This document shows positions 1 through 14,024 of a stretch of DNA of 64,000 bases, in pieces. Numbering within the stretch: the stretch's first letter is position 1; every line of letters begins with the position of its first letter. A model generated the notes under the pieces. The model did not search any database, was not told the DNA's origin, and saw only the letters and a list, made by a program, of their open reading frames with translations. Origin of the DNA: Azolla caroliniana (taxonomy: Eukaryota > Plantae > Polypodiophyta); assembly GCA_043228905.1 (NCBI GenBank), contig JBHGNT010000014.1, positions 10,292,001 through 10,356,000 on the forward strand, given 5' to 3'. Position numbers and translations under genes: made by a program.

Positions 1-1174
1 TGGGCAACCGTGGACTGGAGAGACGAGATGAGCCGGGAGGAACTGTTGACGGCGCGCATACGACAGCTTGAGCGAAGGCCGGAGGACGTGGAGCAGGCTG
101 CGGGAAGGCTTCAGGTGGCAAGGACGAGGAACAAAGCCCGGTTCGACCGAACGCACCGTCTCCGACCGAAGAAGATCGAGGAAGGCGACTGGGTGCTAGT
201 TTACGACAGCAGCCTCGACAACCAGCACCGAGCGACACGAAAGTTCGCAAGAAGGTGGTTCGGGCCTTACGTGGTACAAAGCGCCAACGACAACGGGACG
301 TACCATCTGGCGGAATTCGATGGTACGAGAATGGCGATACCGGTAGCTGGGAAGCGGATCAAAGCGTTCAAGAAGCGTCACGACGACGAGCCGGATCCGG
401 TTAACCTGGACCGCGACGACGAACGATCCGAAACCGAGGAAGAACCGACGGGCGGGGAATGAAGGCTGGACCGGTTTTCTCCATCCCAACTCAATTTGGC
501 ACATGCCGGTGGATGCGCGGTTAGGTGGGGGCGGATGTCGTGAAGAAAACCGTCCACAAGCGGAATCGGTGCACCGGGGCGTAGGAATCGGCTCTTCATG
601 CCTGTACGCCTTATATTGTACATAAGGGAGAATTAGGTACATAGGAGATCCTAAGTAGGTAGATTTAGTGGGTAGGAAGTAAAGGGGAAACGGCTCCTTC
701 CTTGCCTATAAAAGGAGGGAGACGAGAAGGGGGATGGGATCGCGGAATCAGAGAGGACGAAGTGCTGTCGGATTGCGTGCCGAAGGCTTCTCTCTCTTCC
801 ATACTCTGTAGTTCCTTTCTGTGCAGGTTTCGGGAGGCTCGCGCTGCTCTGAGGAATGCTCGAGTGCTTCCGGTAGCACCTCCATCCTACTCCTTTCTTT
901 TTGTGTGTTTACGAACAGGCGTCGACATCTGTTCGCCGGCCTGTTCGGTTGTAACGGACTTCGTGTCTTGTTGTTTGTCTTTGTTAATAGATACATACAT
1001 TCGTGTCTCTCTGTGTCGCTGTCCCACTCGCGTCTTTGTGTCGAAGGGCCGTGTCCCTGTGAATCTACGGTCGCACCTAGTGGGTCTCTTCCCTTCTCCT
1101 TTCTCTCTTGCTCTTCGGTACAAGACCCCCGAGGTCCCGCCTCGTTCCATGCATCCGTGAGGAATACCTTGACA
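1..1174 (+). mobile_element. 3' end of a Ty3/gypsy LTR retrotransposon: integrase C-terminus, PPT and 3' LTR (536-1174)
   Basis: ORF 10-462 is the integrase tail (KFARRWFGPYVV..NGTYHLAE) and nearly matches ORF 48142-48681. PPT GGTGGGGGCGGA precedes TGTCGTG at 536. The LTR ends ..CTTGACA at 1174 and resembles LTR 53410-54043 in reverse. Confidence 0.93.
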
Positions 1175-2073
1175 GCGTGGACAAAGCACATCGCAGTGCA
1201 CTATCACTTCATCCGAGAGCGCGTTCTAGCTAGCAATGTCGACCTACAACACATTAGCACAAATCTTCAAACGGCTAACATCTTCACTAAAGCCTTAGGA
1301 GCCGACAAGCTGTGACAATTGATGACCGATCTCGGATTGACGATCCCTGACCTGCCAAGCTTGAGGGGGAGTACTGAAGACATTACACAATAATGCATGG
1401 ATTCCGCAAACCGTGTACATTACGCAATAACGCGTGGATTCCGCAAGCCGCGCACACTACGCAAGAACGTGTGGATTACGCAACCATGCAATGAAGCCGC
1501 GAAGAGCTGATCTACCGCGCAAAGCCGCGAAGAAAGACGCAAGCCGAAGCACAAACTTCGCAACTACGCACAACGCAAGCTGGAGCACGGATTCCGCAAC
1601 TCCGCATAAATGCGAGTCGACGCGGACTCTGGAACGTGAGTCGAAGCGGATTTCGGATACCGTCTGAAACTGACCCGACTTGAGCTTGAGGGGGCGTGTT
1701 GAGAATCAAGCTCAACTTGGTCTACTGTGTGAACTCACCTTAAGAGTGAATAGACACTCCAACGGTCAAGAGTCACCATTATGTCACCTCTTTGTATTCT
1801 AGCATTTAGTATGAGTCATCGAATCATATTCTATGACACATAACTTATGAGCTTTCACATTCCCCATGCTCCATGAGTCTTGTAGTTAATGAAGAGAGAG
1901 GGTGACTATATAAAGCACCCTCCTCCCACCTTGTAGAGTGTTGAGTCTTTCTCCTTTGTTAATACACTTTTACCTTGCGTATTATCTGTGTATTATTCCT
2001 TGTCTCTCTCTCTCATATACACACACAGTTCACACCTATTCCGCTACACAAGAATCATACTCGATTCTTTACA
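1175..2073 (+). mobile_element. 3' end of a Ty1/copia element that hosts the gypsy: RNase H tail, PPT and 3' LTR (1697-2073)
   Basis: TKHIAVHYHFIRERV..QTANIFTKAL is the copia RNase H end. PPT TGAGGGGGCG precedes TGTTGAG at 1697. The LTR end ..ATTCTTTACA recurs inverted at 40426 and 40565. Confidence 0.85.
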
Positions 2074-3060
2074 CCACCCAATCTTCGAATCCTCTTCGTG
2101 TCACCTTAAAGGAGTCCTCAATACCAACTATAATCTTTCGCGTTTCTTCAAATGCTTCCCACATCAGATTTTGTTGTCGTATCCTAAGGATATTCTCTTG
2201 AAGCCCATCCGTAGCCACCCGACTGAAGGATGTCACTTGCAATCCTTCTGATATTCTGCAACGCAATATCTCTGCCTTCAAGTCCCGAAGATAATTTGAG
2301 ACATCCTTCCCATCGAATTGACCATTCCATTGCAAGAGTCGTTCTACGGCCGCTGCGACATCCAACATCGTGTGTTGTTCCTGTAGTATCCGCTCCAACA
2401 TTGTCATCATGTTGCTAGCCTCTTGTTGATTTTCCATCTCCTTGCCACCCGTCTTCACATCGGGTTCACCAAATGTGTCGTGCGTTTCGGCGCCGGATCA
2501 TTACGTGAGTCGGGTGGGAACCACTAGGGTTTTGGACTAGGAGGAGGAAGAATTTGAGACGAGTTTAGTTATGAATATAAATCGATTATAAGAAAGAGAT
2601 ATAAAAACCTCGTGAATCCCACGAGTATAATGTATTTTATTAGATCAATATTAAGATAAGAATATGAATTTGGATTGAAAGAGAGAGATATAGAAACCTC
2701 ATGAATCCCACGAATATAATTTATTGATTGGTGTTTTTTTAGAAATATATCCAATTTCCAAAGTTTTCACACTCCCCTATTACATTGTGCTCCCCATCCT
2801 TATATAGTGATAAGAGAGTCCTAGCAATCCATGCTTTTTCTCTAACTATGAACTCCATGCTTTCTCTATCTATAGACTATATGCTTTCTCTAACATGCTT
2901 TTCTAACCTCATGCGTTTTTTATCGAGTATAGTGTTTATGCACGCTAGATGTACATGTGTAGCTTTTTTCTATCATGCGTTTTTCTTCTAAGTAAAGATT
3001 TTTTTTCTTAGAAAATATGCATGAAGTAACATTTCTATGTGGGATATCTAATTTTTAACA
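2074..3060 (-). mobile_element. Relic 5' end of a tRNA-Trp-primed gypsy: putative LTR (~2474-3060), PBS (2454-2471) and gag fragment
   Basis: ORF 2069-2458 has FDGKDVSNYL..AEILRCRI, similar to the gag motif FSGKDATKYL..AEMLMRDI in ORF 51636-53393. PBS TGGTGAACCCGATGTGAA. The outer LTR boundary is uncertain. Confidence 0.65.
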
Positions 3061-3227
3061 CTTATGATGTGTTAGTATAATGGTAAGGCTTTACATTATT
3101 AACATGGAGGTACAAGGTTTGAATCTTGCCTTATGCATGTAATATATATTTTAATATTTTCTTCTATTTCTTCATGTTCATTGAATCTAGTACTCTATAC
3201 GTTTTTCACGTAGTGTACGAAATACAC

Positions 3228-6200
3228 TACGACAACGTTGATGGAGGCAAGAGAGTCACATATCTCCTTTATCCGAGTTGTGTAGTCGACCACCGACATG
3301 CCTTTCTCCCAGACGTTGCTCAACTCCTATTTGAGTTGCAGCTTTCGGGTCGTGGTGCTTGTTGGCATAAAAGGTCGACTCCTTCCACTTTGTATCCTAG
3401 TGTGAACTCGTCCTTATAGTTAGGGCTTAGTATATAAGCAATAACCTAACATTGTAAAGAAGAGATCACTTGATCATCTTGTACATCGAGTCTCTAAGAG
3501 AGAGAGAGATTAGAAATAAAGAGAACTTCCATTAAAGCTTTATCTATGTGTATCTATCATCTGTTTATATCTTCTTACCTTGCCTATGTGTTGTTTGCGG
3601 AGCATAACTAAAAGGTCCTCACATACGTTTCCGCGCATATTTGTCCTTGAATTGGTACCAGAGCAATCCGCGGCTCAACGACAACAAACAACAGAAAAAG
3701 CTAAAAGAAAAAAGACCAGGTTAAAAAATCTCACTTTCAAAACAATCATGGCATCAACATCCGGTACAAGAGTTTAGATCTGAAAATTCGACGGCACAAA
3801 ATTTGCCCTATGGAAGGAGATGATGCAAGACATACTGATTATTCGAATACAGGTCGAGGCCATTTTGCACTCCGAAAAGCCTGCTTCAATGTCAGCTTAT
3901 GAGTGGAGATCAATGGACGAAATCACACACTCCACCATTCGAATGCACCTAGTCGAAACATCTACTTCAACATGGCAAAAGAGATGACAACGTTCTCACT
4001 GTGGGAGAAGCTACAAGCTGTATACGAGAAGAAGTCTTCATCCTCATCATCGAAACTAATATTGATCAAACAACTATTCAACAATAAGATGAGAGAGACC
4101 GATCCAACTACCTCCCACATCAACACCTTCAGTCGGGTGTTGTTAGAACTCTCCTCACAAGGGATCAACTTCGAAGAAGAAGTGAAAGCCCTTGCCCTCC
4201 TATCGAGCTTGTCGGCGAGTTGGGAGGTATTCTACACAACATACACCAATAACCGACCGATCCTAAATCTGGTTGAGACAATCGGCCAAGTCCTCACCGA
4301 GGACATTCGGTGAAAATCGATGGGACTCACCATCGACGAATCGCCAGAAGCCCATCACTTGACCGAGTCATTCATCCAACAGAGTCAAATGAGAGAACAA
4401 GCCGAAAGAACCGGTCGGAACACCAACCGATCGAAGACAAGGGGAGGCCAACAACGGTCAAAGTCGAGAACAGGCCGATAAGGTGAATTCTGCACAAACT
4501 GCAAAAATGCTTGCCACAATGTTTCCAATTGCTAGTCGATCAAGAGGAAAGAGAGTGGTTGGCGATTTGAGAGAAATCGAGGACGACCCAACTCTGACCA
4601 CCCTCCAATAGGCAACCAAATCAACATTGTCGACACCCGATCAGGAGAAATCCTTTCTTTAGAGGACTTGATGATTGGAGAAGTCCTTTACACTACACAA
4701 GATGCACACACATGGCTACTGGATTCATGTGCCACATTCCACGTGACCCCCAACATTGAATGGTTTTCGGATCTGTACCCGATCTGAAAAGGAGTCTGGT
4801 CTCCATCGGCATGTTGGCCGAAGAGAGGTACCGAACAACTCTAAGTGAGTCAACATGGATGATCAACCGAGGGAATTTGAAGATAGGAGGCGGGCACAAG
4901 TACAATAACTTGTACCCATTAATGGCAATCAATCCAAAAGGGGCCATGAATGTAGCTGAAAAGACTAACCCAAACCTATGGCATGGCAGACCTCGCCATA
5001 TGTCTCAAACCGGACTTGAGCGGCTGATGGCGATCGGCTACATCCCTAAACTCCAAGCAAAGACGGACTTCTGCGAGCATTGTCGATATGAGAAACAAAC
5101 CCGAAGTCTGCACGTAGATATATGTGGGCCCATGCCAGAGTGATCACTAGGAGGCTCCTAGTATTTCATCACCTTTGTAGATGATTGTACATGGAAGTTT
5201 TGGGCCTGTTCGATCAGGTCCAAAGACGAAGCGCTCGAGGTCTTCACTCGGTGGACATTTGAAGTGGAGAACCGGTCGGGACATAGAGTGAAGACACTCT
5301 GATTTGACAACGGAGGCAAATATACCTACAGAGCCTTCAAGAAGTGCCTGTTCAAAAAAGTAATCCGGCATCAAAAGATTGTTCCTTACACATCCATGCA
5401 GAATGGAGTGGCAGAATGGATCAACCGAACGATCCAGGAGAGGGTGATGGCAATGCTCCAACAAGCTGGACTGAAGCTGGAGTTCTGGGCTGAAGCATTG
5501 CAGACGACAGTATACTTGGTAAATCTATCACCGTCGAAGGCAACCAAGCTCGAAGTGCCACAGGCACTATGGTCCGGCAAACAACCGACCTACGATAGGC
5601 TCTTTGTATTCGGATGCGAAGCCTATGCGTTCATCCCTAGGGAGAAAAGGACCAAGTTGGCACCCCATGCAGCGAAATGCATATTTCTTGGTAATGGAAC
5701 CGATGGGGTGGCTACCGATTATGAGAACTTGAGAACCGGAAACTAATCCGGAGAAATGATGTAGTCTTCAATGAAGACTCTATCTTCTATGAGCGGAACC
5801 AACAGAAAATAGTTGGTAAAAATGTATCCCTTGAAGTCGACAGAGATGTTGTAGCTGGAACATCCCACCCAGCCGAATCAGAGATTCCACAAACAATCGA
5901 ACTCGAACAAGCCAACAATATACCTGCCAACTTCGAATCGGCAACAGGTCCAATAGTCGAACTTGAAGACAAAGCCATCAAAGACAGAGCCGATTCGACA
6001 AGAGCCGAAAAAGGCAAAGTCAACAAGATATGAGTAGGAAACAAAACCAAGTCAACAAAGTCCATAGGGGAGAACAACGTGACACTGCTGAAATCCCGAC
6101 TTGGGGGCAGCTCACAGAACAAGACTCCTGACACAAATGGCTCAACACATACTGATTGACAAACAGAGCCGCTCAAAGAATCCAAACCACTTGTCTAGGC

Positions 6201-9187
6201 ACCGAGGAGATCTAGACGAGCTCGAAGGCCAACAGAGTTTTTTCAACCGGGCCTTGACTACGTCAACTACACCGATGCAAGCAAACCAAGCACTCGTGAA
6301 GAAGCTATGGCCGCAACAGACGCTGAAATATGGATCCAAGCCATGAAATCCGAAATGGACTCGATTCACAAGAATCAGACATGGGAGTTGGTTGAACTAC
6401 CAGCTAGAAGAAAGTCGTTACCTTGCAAATGGGTTTTCCGATACAAATATGTATCTGACTCAGAGAAACCCAAGTACAAAGCTCGTCTTGTTGCGAAAGG
6501 GTTCAAACAAGAACATGGGGTCGACTACGATGAGATATTCTCAACAGTAGTCAAGATGACCACCATCTGACTCTTACTAGGAGTTGTGGCGACAAAAGAC
6601 CTAGAGCTAGAGTAGCTGGATGTAAAGACAACATTCCTATAGGAAGAAGACATCTACATGTCTCAATTGGCAAGCTTCACGGCGACAGGGGAGGAAAGTC
6701 ACCTTGTATGTCGATTGAAGAAAAGTCTCTATGGCTTGAAACAAGCGTTGAGGATGTGGTACTAGAAGTTCGACTCCTACATCTGACAACTTGGATACCA
6801 TTGATCCGACTCCGACCCATGTATGTATGTTCGAGAACTAGCCGACGAGTCTAGGATTTATCTAATCCTATATGTCGACGACATGCTAATTGTAGGAAGC
6901 AATCAAGTAGAGATCAAAAAGCTGAAGCGGAGCCTTCATGACAAGTTCGCGATGAAGGAATTCGATCAAGCCCGTCACATACTGGGCATGAGGATCGAGC
7001 GAAATCGGACGACCAAGACTCTCTGACTCTCCAAGTCCAACTATATCCGAAAGGTGCTGAGGCGCTTCAACATACAGAATGCGAAGCCAGCACCAACACC
7101 ACTTCCGACGTCGATCCGACTACCGGACAGAGACTCTCCTTCAATGGACAAGGAGAGCGGGCTTAATGGAAAAATACCCTACACATCGGTCATAGGAAGT
7201 ATCATGTACGCAATGGTGGCGACCCAACCTGACCTAACCTATGCCATAGGAGTGGTCAGCTGGTACATGTCAAACCTAGGACGAAAGCATTGGGAGGCTG
7301 TCAAGCACATCTTCAAGTACCTGAGAGGGACCGAAGATACACAACTGACTTTTGGTTTGACAACCACAGCCGAAGTCGAAGGCTACACTAACTCCAACTA
7401 TGTCGGAAGTCAACATCAGGCTATATTTTCACATATGGTGGCGGTGCGATATCATGGAGGTCGAAGTTTCAAGAGTGCATGGCCCTGTCGACCATAGAGG
7501 CCGAGTACATAGCAGCATCGGAGGCAGTGAAGGGAGCGATCTGGCTACACCGACTGTCTACCAACTTCTCATCTAAAAGCCGAATCGACCGACCAACGCC
7601 GACCATCTATTGCAACTTGCAGAGCGCAATTCACCCCATTAACAATCCCTTCTATCACGCAAAGACGAAGCACATTGAGGTACGGTATCATCACATTCGG
7701 GAGCTTATAACTGAGAAGAGGCTCGAAGTTCGGAATATCGACACTGAGGTGAACATTGCCGATTGCCTGACAAAGCCACTCCCAGATCAACTCTTCGGAG
7801 CACTAATGACAAAGATGGGACTAAGACAAGCGATTAACCAGAAGAAAGCCGAACGAGGAGTAGAAGGTAAGAGTCAACTGAATCAATCATGATAATGAGC
7901 CATGCTAGGCTCGACATGGACCTCACCTATGCCGACTCGACTATATGACGACCGACTTGTAACATAAATCTAGATTAGTCTGGTAATCTAGGTTTACGGG
8001 GCAGACAATCCCAAACACATCTACATGTAGGAAATAGTAGTCCTTTTACGGGGGAGTTTGTTGGCATAAAAGGCCGACTCCTTCCACTTTGTATCCTAAT
8101 GTGAACTCGTCCATATAGTTAGGGCTTAGTATATAAGCAATAACCTAACGTTGTAAAGAAGAGATCACTTGATCATCCTGTACATCGAATCTCTGAGAGA
8201 GAGAGAGAGAACATAAATAAAGAGAGCTTCCATTAAAGCTTTATCTGTGTGTATCTATCATCTGTTTATATCTTCTTGCCTTCCCTCTATGTTGTTTGTT
8301 GAGCATAACTGACAGGTCCTCACATACGTTTCCGCTCATATCTGTCCTTCAGTGCTTGCAGCGAAAACGTTTTTCAGATTCTTCCAAGCTTCCTTTGGCG
8401 TCTTGGCATCTCGGATATGGTTGAGCAGCTGATCACCGACACTAGACACGAAGTAGTACATTACCTTGCTTGTCGCTTGTTCCCAAGCCGGAAAGTCCTT
8501 GAGTGTCACATCCTGTGCTTCATCGTTAGCTCCATCGACATAACTCCAGTAGCCATGCCAGAGCAAGTACTGGTGCATCTTGTATGACCAAGATGCGTAG
8601 TTGCTTCTGTCAAGCTTCTCTGTTGGGAGCAAGCTAGCCATTCCTCTGTCCATTCTTTCCTTCTTGTTCTTTACCGGGTGATAGGGTTTGTATTTGACAA
8701 ATCGCTTGTTGGCAGCAGAGGATTCTCAACCGTTGCGCTCTGATACCATGAAAAAGTTAGTGTGCGGAAGGTAAGACAAAACCGGCTTAGCTAGATAGCA
8801 ACAGAAATACATGGGTTTAATGGAAAGCTTGAGATACACAGAGAGTATGCGGGAGAGACAGACAGAGCAGAACACACAACGTCTATTTCAAAAAATAAAC
8901 TCAATACTCTGTACATACAATGTGTTTAGATAACACTTTTATACAAGTTCTTAAAAGGACTAACAGAAGTACTCACAAGTACTTCAATGCCCGTATTGAG
9001 CTACAAACCCTGATTTCCAAAAATATGCTTACGTACTAGGCTATGATCATAGGCCTCTAACAGCCTACCAGTTACAATCCGATCCAGCTCTTGGTTCCGG
9101 ACACCGATCCAATTCTCTGTTCTGGATACCGATCTGGCTCAAGCTTACTCAGTCGATCCGGATGAGGTTGAGCTTGTCCGCTCAACA
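3228..9187 (-). mobile_element. Truncated copia element: LTR 8749-9187, PBS 8737-8748, gag split by the 3360-8351 insertion
   Basis: tRNA-iMet PBS TGGTATCAGAGC on the minus strand. Gag KLDRSNYASWSYKMHQYL..VFAAST (8352-8653) resumes left of 3360 as TRKLQLK*ELSNV..MSVVDYTTRIKEICDSL. Confidence 0.85.
3360..8351 (+). mobile_element. Full-length decayed Ty1/copia LTR retrotransposon
   Basis: LTRs 3360-3650 and 8059-8351. TSD GTGCT at 3355-3359 and 8352-8356. PBS TGGTACCAGAGC at 3653, PPT before 8059. Gag, integrase (QNGVAEW.NRT), RT (YVDDML) and RNase H (TKHIEVRYH) lie in copia order with many stops. Confidence 0.96.
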
Positions 9188-9458
9188 TTGGATTTAGGGT
9201 GCGCTGAAGTAAAATATATGGGTTGAATAGTGATGAATGGACATCATGTCCAAGATTCCTTGGTGTAAATGAGTGAGCCTATGATGTGTCCTCATGTGAG
9301 GGAAGAGAGATATATTAATGTAGTATGCGTAGAGTTGAGCAGTGAGTCTAGATGCTTAAGAATTACACATTGTGACTACTAAATAAATATTTCTAGGGAT
9401 TGGATCATATTGACACATAGGGAAAGAAAGCTTAAATGTAGTTGATGGTAGAGAATTG

Positions 9459-10012
9459 TGTTGAGAATCAACTCGGCCACAACTGGTTGCTACACTTACG
9501 TATGCAGGTGCAAAGATCACAGTCGACAGTACACAGACAAAATGAGAACAGAAGTACAGAAAGACAAGTATTTAATGTGGAAAGCCCAGAAAGGGAAAAA
9601 CCATGGGAGCCCACAGACTCTGAAACTATATCACTGTATGTAGAGAGGAATACAAGGAGACTCGGAGGCAACGACCTCGATCTTGTCTTCATCTGACAGA
9701 CGGCGATAGAGTTACAACTCTCTCTCTCTCTTAGTTACAAAGGCAACTACCAACTATAACTTTTTCAACAACTATATATCTCATAATGATTGCCCTAGAT
9801 GTATTTATACTAATACACTTAAATAACTATTTATAAATATAGCCTCAATGGGCACATGTAGGCTAATTACAAATATAGCCCAATCGGATTCGGTTGAATC
9901 GGTTATTGTTTGATTACTGGACATTCGATTTTTTGGCCTCATCCGAGTTTCTTATTGACTCCATCCGATTCGATTTGTGCTCTTCCCATCCAGAGAGACA
10001 TGTTTCTTAACA
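9459..10012 (-). mobile_element. Solo LTR related to the copia LTRs at 28069, 32891 and 54044
   Basis: TGTT..AACA termini. Shares TCGGCCACAAC, GTGGAAA..AAAACCA, GGCAACGACCTC and TCCCATCC.GAG.GAC blocks with those LTRs. Flanks AATTG/CATTG give a 4/5 TSD match. Confidence 0.75.
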
Positions 10013-10131
10013 CATTGTATCAAAGTGGAATACTCAAACCCACAAACTTGTTCAAGGACAAATATGCATAATTGACAAGTCTCCTCACTTTATTCCATAT
10101 TACCCAATCTCATGGTAGGAGAGAAAGAGAG

Positions 10132-10336
10132 CCTAGATGGATGTAGCTCAGCTGGTAAAGTTGCCCAATGGAGACCAGGTGGTCATGGGTTCAACCCCGA
10201 CATTCCATATCGGCATCTAGTGAAGTAAGAGATATCTATAGAGTAATAGAGAGGTGAGAAAGTTGGGTCTCGATCCCAAGGTGTAGTGCTAATAGTGTAA
10301 ATGACTTACCACTGGGGTAAGCTAATTATGATAAAA
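10132..10336 (+). mobile_element. tRNA-derived SINE
   Basis: A box TAGCTCAGCTGG and B box GGTTCAACCCC at tRNA spacing (10139-10207), then an unrelated body and a short A tail. 10-bp direct repeat AGAAAGAGAG at 10122-10131 and 10337-10346. Confidence 0.7.
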
Positions 10337-13300
10337 AGAAAGAGAGAGATTTTATAAATGTCGTCACATGAAACATCTTTTACATAATATGTGTGGAATG
10401 GAGTAGTGACAATATTCAAGACTTTTACTAATAAACATGTTGCAATCAAGAGTAAATATTGTTAATGTAAACAAACTATACAAGGAGTGAACTAGATTGA
10501 CAAAGTGTAGATAACAACATGAATGTTGTCACATACAATGCTTTGTATAAAAGTTTGATACTCTGATTCCCAAACTTGTTCAAGGAATAGTAATGAGTCT
10601 CCTCACATGTGCCCTAAAGCCCCATCTCACATGAAAGAAAAATGAATGCATGTATCCGATAACACTTTCCATGGACATCATCTCCATGGGAAATCATTTA
10701 GTCTCAAGTGGGAGCATGTACGAAGTTTGTAACTTGACTTGAAGAAACTTAATTAGAGATGACTTTAAGACATTTTCAAACTCTTTCCATGTTGACTTAG
10801 CGATATTATTGCTCCATAAATAAACCCTATTGGTGTTACTAATGTATCCAATAGGTAGTTCTTGAGAACCCAACATTTAATTTCTCTATAGTTTCATATG
10901 TTCTCCGATGCATAATAAGCCCTCTCTCAAGCTTCTAAATAATGTGTAGCACATTCATTTTTTTTGTGATTGGAGAAAACCTTAAGCCTAAGATATTTGA
11001 AGCATTCTACAATTTTAAGCGGCTCATTATCATATACAATACATAGTTCATCCTTATAATTCAAGACGTTACAACCATAACTTTCACTTTGGAGCTATTG
11101 TCAATCAATTTACTATGCATACACAACTTTCCCATTACATTCATAAGCTTCCGAGCATATTCTATCGTTTTTGCAGAAGGACCACATTATCTACATTCAA
11201 CAAGAGCATGATAATTACATTCCTAATGGTAACTTCTTCGATGCTTCTCGTTTTACAAACTCGTTGACCAATTATCTAAAATTTAAATCATCAATGCATA
11301 AACCAAAGAGAGTTAGTAAGAATGCACATAATTTCTTAACACCAATAGTGTTAGTAGAAAAAATAAAAAATTCTATCTCCCATGCGCACATGGCTTATCA
11401 ACTTCTCATGAATTTGGAAAATTGCAAGCATATATTCACATGGTACCTCAAATTCCCCCATGTGTCTCCAAAGATGCTCATGGGACACCATATCAATAAC
11501 TTTTTTGAAGCCTATGAAGCAACAAATAATTCTTTACCTTTAAAACGACTTTTTTACAACACTCAAAGAGAGATAGATTGATAGATTTTGTTATCGCCAT
11601 CGAATGTCAAATATGACTATATATATATATATATCTTAGGAACACTTTTGAGTACTATTATTGATCTCTTTTTTTAAATGATGGTTTATGTTACTAATGA
11701 TCCTCAATATGAGGTGAAAATAAATAACTGAAAATAATTAGATGTATGGTTTATGTAAACATGGCCTATCACTCGACTAAATCCCTAATTAAGAAAGTAA
11801 AATTGAAAGAGAATATCGTCACATGAGAGACCATGACAGATAAATATGGAGTGCATCATATGATAAACAATGCATTTATTGAAAACTAAAAGGTTTGCTC
11901 ATAATTTTGTGCTCAAGATATTAGGTTAAGGGACAAAACAATCACTCCATTATGTATTAGAAAACTCTAACCAATGTATCTACATGATCGGAATAATCGT
12001 TTAAGTTTTTGAATTGTTGATGACATCTTACCAAAAGGTGACTTCAAATAGCGTCGTGATTCTTTTATTTATTTTTAATGTAAACTAGTGTTATACATTT
12101 TGCTTGAAGGAAAGAAATTTAATAAATTTTGTCGAAGCAATGCAAGGAGGATGACACATGAACATTACAATGAAGACAAGGAATCTTTAACTTAATTTGT
12201 TAGAGATTTTATACATTTTGATGAAGGTAAGCATTGAAGATCATACAATACAAGTTGATCGTGAAGCATGCTTAATGCTATCTAACATGTGCATAATGAA
12301 TCTAAGCATAGCACATTAATCCAACAATTGTCAAAAGGTGAAGTTTTATTATGTAGAGACAGATCTTCCTGACCCAATATTGATGCAACATTCATTTGAG
12401 AAGTTGAAAATGCGAGTTATTAAGAGGCTTTCTGCATTTTATCCACTTGAACCTATAAAAATGAAATGCTATCTAATACACACATTATATGAAGACACCA
12501 ATTTCTTGTAGAGAAAATTACATGAAAGATAAAACGTTTTTCATTTAACCCAATGAGACTCTAGCGCTCCTTCTCTTTTGTATTTATAGTGGTCCCAGAA
12601 TTTAAGAGTTCCATTATGAAGCTAAACAAGCAGTTGTCATAAGACTTGTTGCAAAAACATTGGGGCTTGGGGGCTAGTCAAATGAATGTCTTCAAGTGTG
12701 TTGATCTCATCCATTCAAACAAGCTTAGGCTCAGAAGCACCCACTAACTTTCGTCATCCTCATCTCATGCATGTTTAGACATTTTGATTGAAGTGGGCAA
12801 GATTACAAGATGGGCACCATGACCAGATTACGAGCAACCGTATTGATTGAACAATAGGGAGTTGAAAAGAAGGCCAACTGCTACTTAACTATTGACAAAT
12901 TCCCCTCAATTCAATCAGTAATGCACACATCTACGGATCGAAAAGTGACAATGTGGAGTTAAGTGAGGCTAGCAATATGCTCCATGAGCGAGTGTGCAGA
13001 AGCAAACATAAGGGTTGAATAGGTCCATCCATTAATGCCCAAAATGTCTTGAGTTATGAGGGTGGGATATGAGATGTACTCATGCAGCTCGAGTTAGAGT
13101 GGTTTGTCACTCTTCTAAGGAGCATAGGGTGGGGGGGGGGGGGGTCTGAGGAATGCTTCGACGATGTTCGAGACACGTTAAGAAGAATGGGTCACATGAT
13201 TGCGCACTTTGTGGTGGTCACGTGGAGCTGGAACAGAAGAGAAGAGAAGAGAATAGGGCAATTCAATACATACATATGCGTTTGGTGGGCATTTCACAAC

Positions 13301-13341
13301 CCCACTGTCCACATGAGACTTTTTGTGGCAAATGTTGAGTA

Positions 13342-13343
<2 letters not shown>

Positions 13344-13379
<36 letters not shown>

Positions 13380-13432
13380 GACAGAGTAGAGTCATAACCG
13401 ACAAGAAGAAGAAGAAGAAGATGATGATGATG
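13344..13432. repeat. Microsatellites: (CA)17, then (GAA)n and (GAT)n, upstream of the MBD gene
   Basis: Read directly from the sequence. Confidence 0.95.
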
Positions 13433-14024
13433 GGTTCACATTTGGGCTCTGGATTTCTGAGCAAATCTTGCTTCCATTCCTTCTAGGTCGCTATCAATCC
13501 ACAGTATCTGGAGAGAGAGAGAGGACCATATCTTTCTTCGTTTTTTTTTTTTTGAGAGACAGACCCACTTCTTACTCCATCCTCTCTGTTTTGCTTGAAA
13601 ACAGTTTTCCCTTTTTCGCAAACCCTAACTCTGCATCCAAGATCTATCTCTCTGCTTCCTACAGGTAAGAGCAAAAAAGAAAAGCCGGAAACGTCTTTTC
13701 AATTTTTTTCTGATTGTATGGATTCGTTTCCTCTACTTCATCAAAGCTTGAAAGAGGAGCAGGAAGCAGGAGAAAACGAAGAATCAGAAGAGAAGGAAGA
13801 CAACCTTTGGATATGGCTTCTTTTTAGAGAGGATTAATATAGCTTAGAGAAGTGTAAAAAAGAAGAAGAGGGTTTGGTTTATATTCAAGTAAAGAGGGTC
13901 AAGTCAAAGTATCAATATGGTTGTATTGTATTTGTATGTATTCTGCTAAGTGAAGCCCTCTTCCTTCCTAATTGAGGTAAGAAGGAGGTGGGGTTGAAGA
14001 GAATTAGGAACACTCTCTCTGTTC

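Noticed and set aside
3065-3140. tRNA or SINE head (TAGTATAATGGT..GGTTTGAATC)
   Set aside because: Boxes are degenerate, and no cloverleaf, tail or TSD could be found.
10020-10640. Degenerate ~100-bp direct repeat (CAAACTTGTTCAAGGA..AGTCTCCTCAC at ~10043 and ~10571)
   Set aside because: Old local duplication with no termini, PBS or coding signal, so it cannot be assigned.
11171-11581. 136-aa ORF in AT-rich DNA
   Set aside because: Non-ATG start, no recognisable motif and no splice context; probably chance or an old TE relic.
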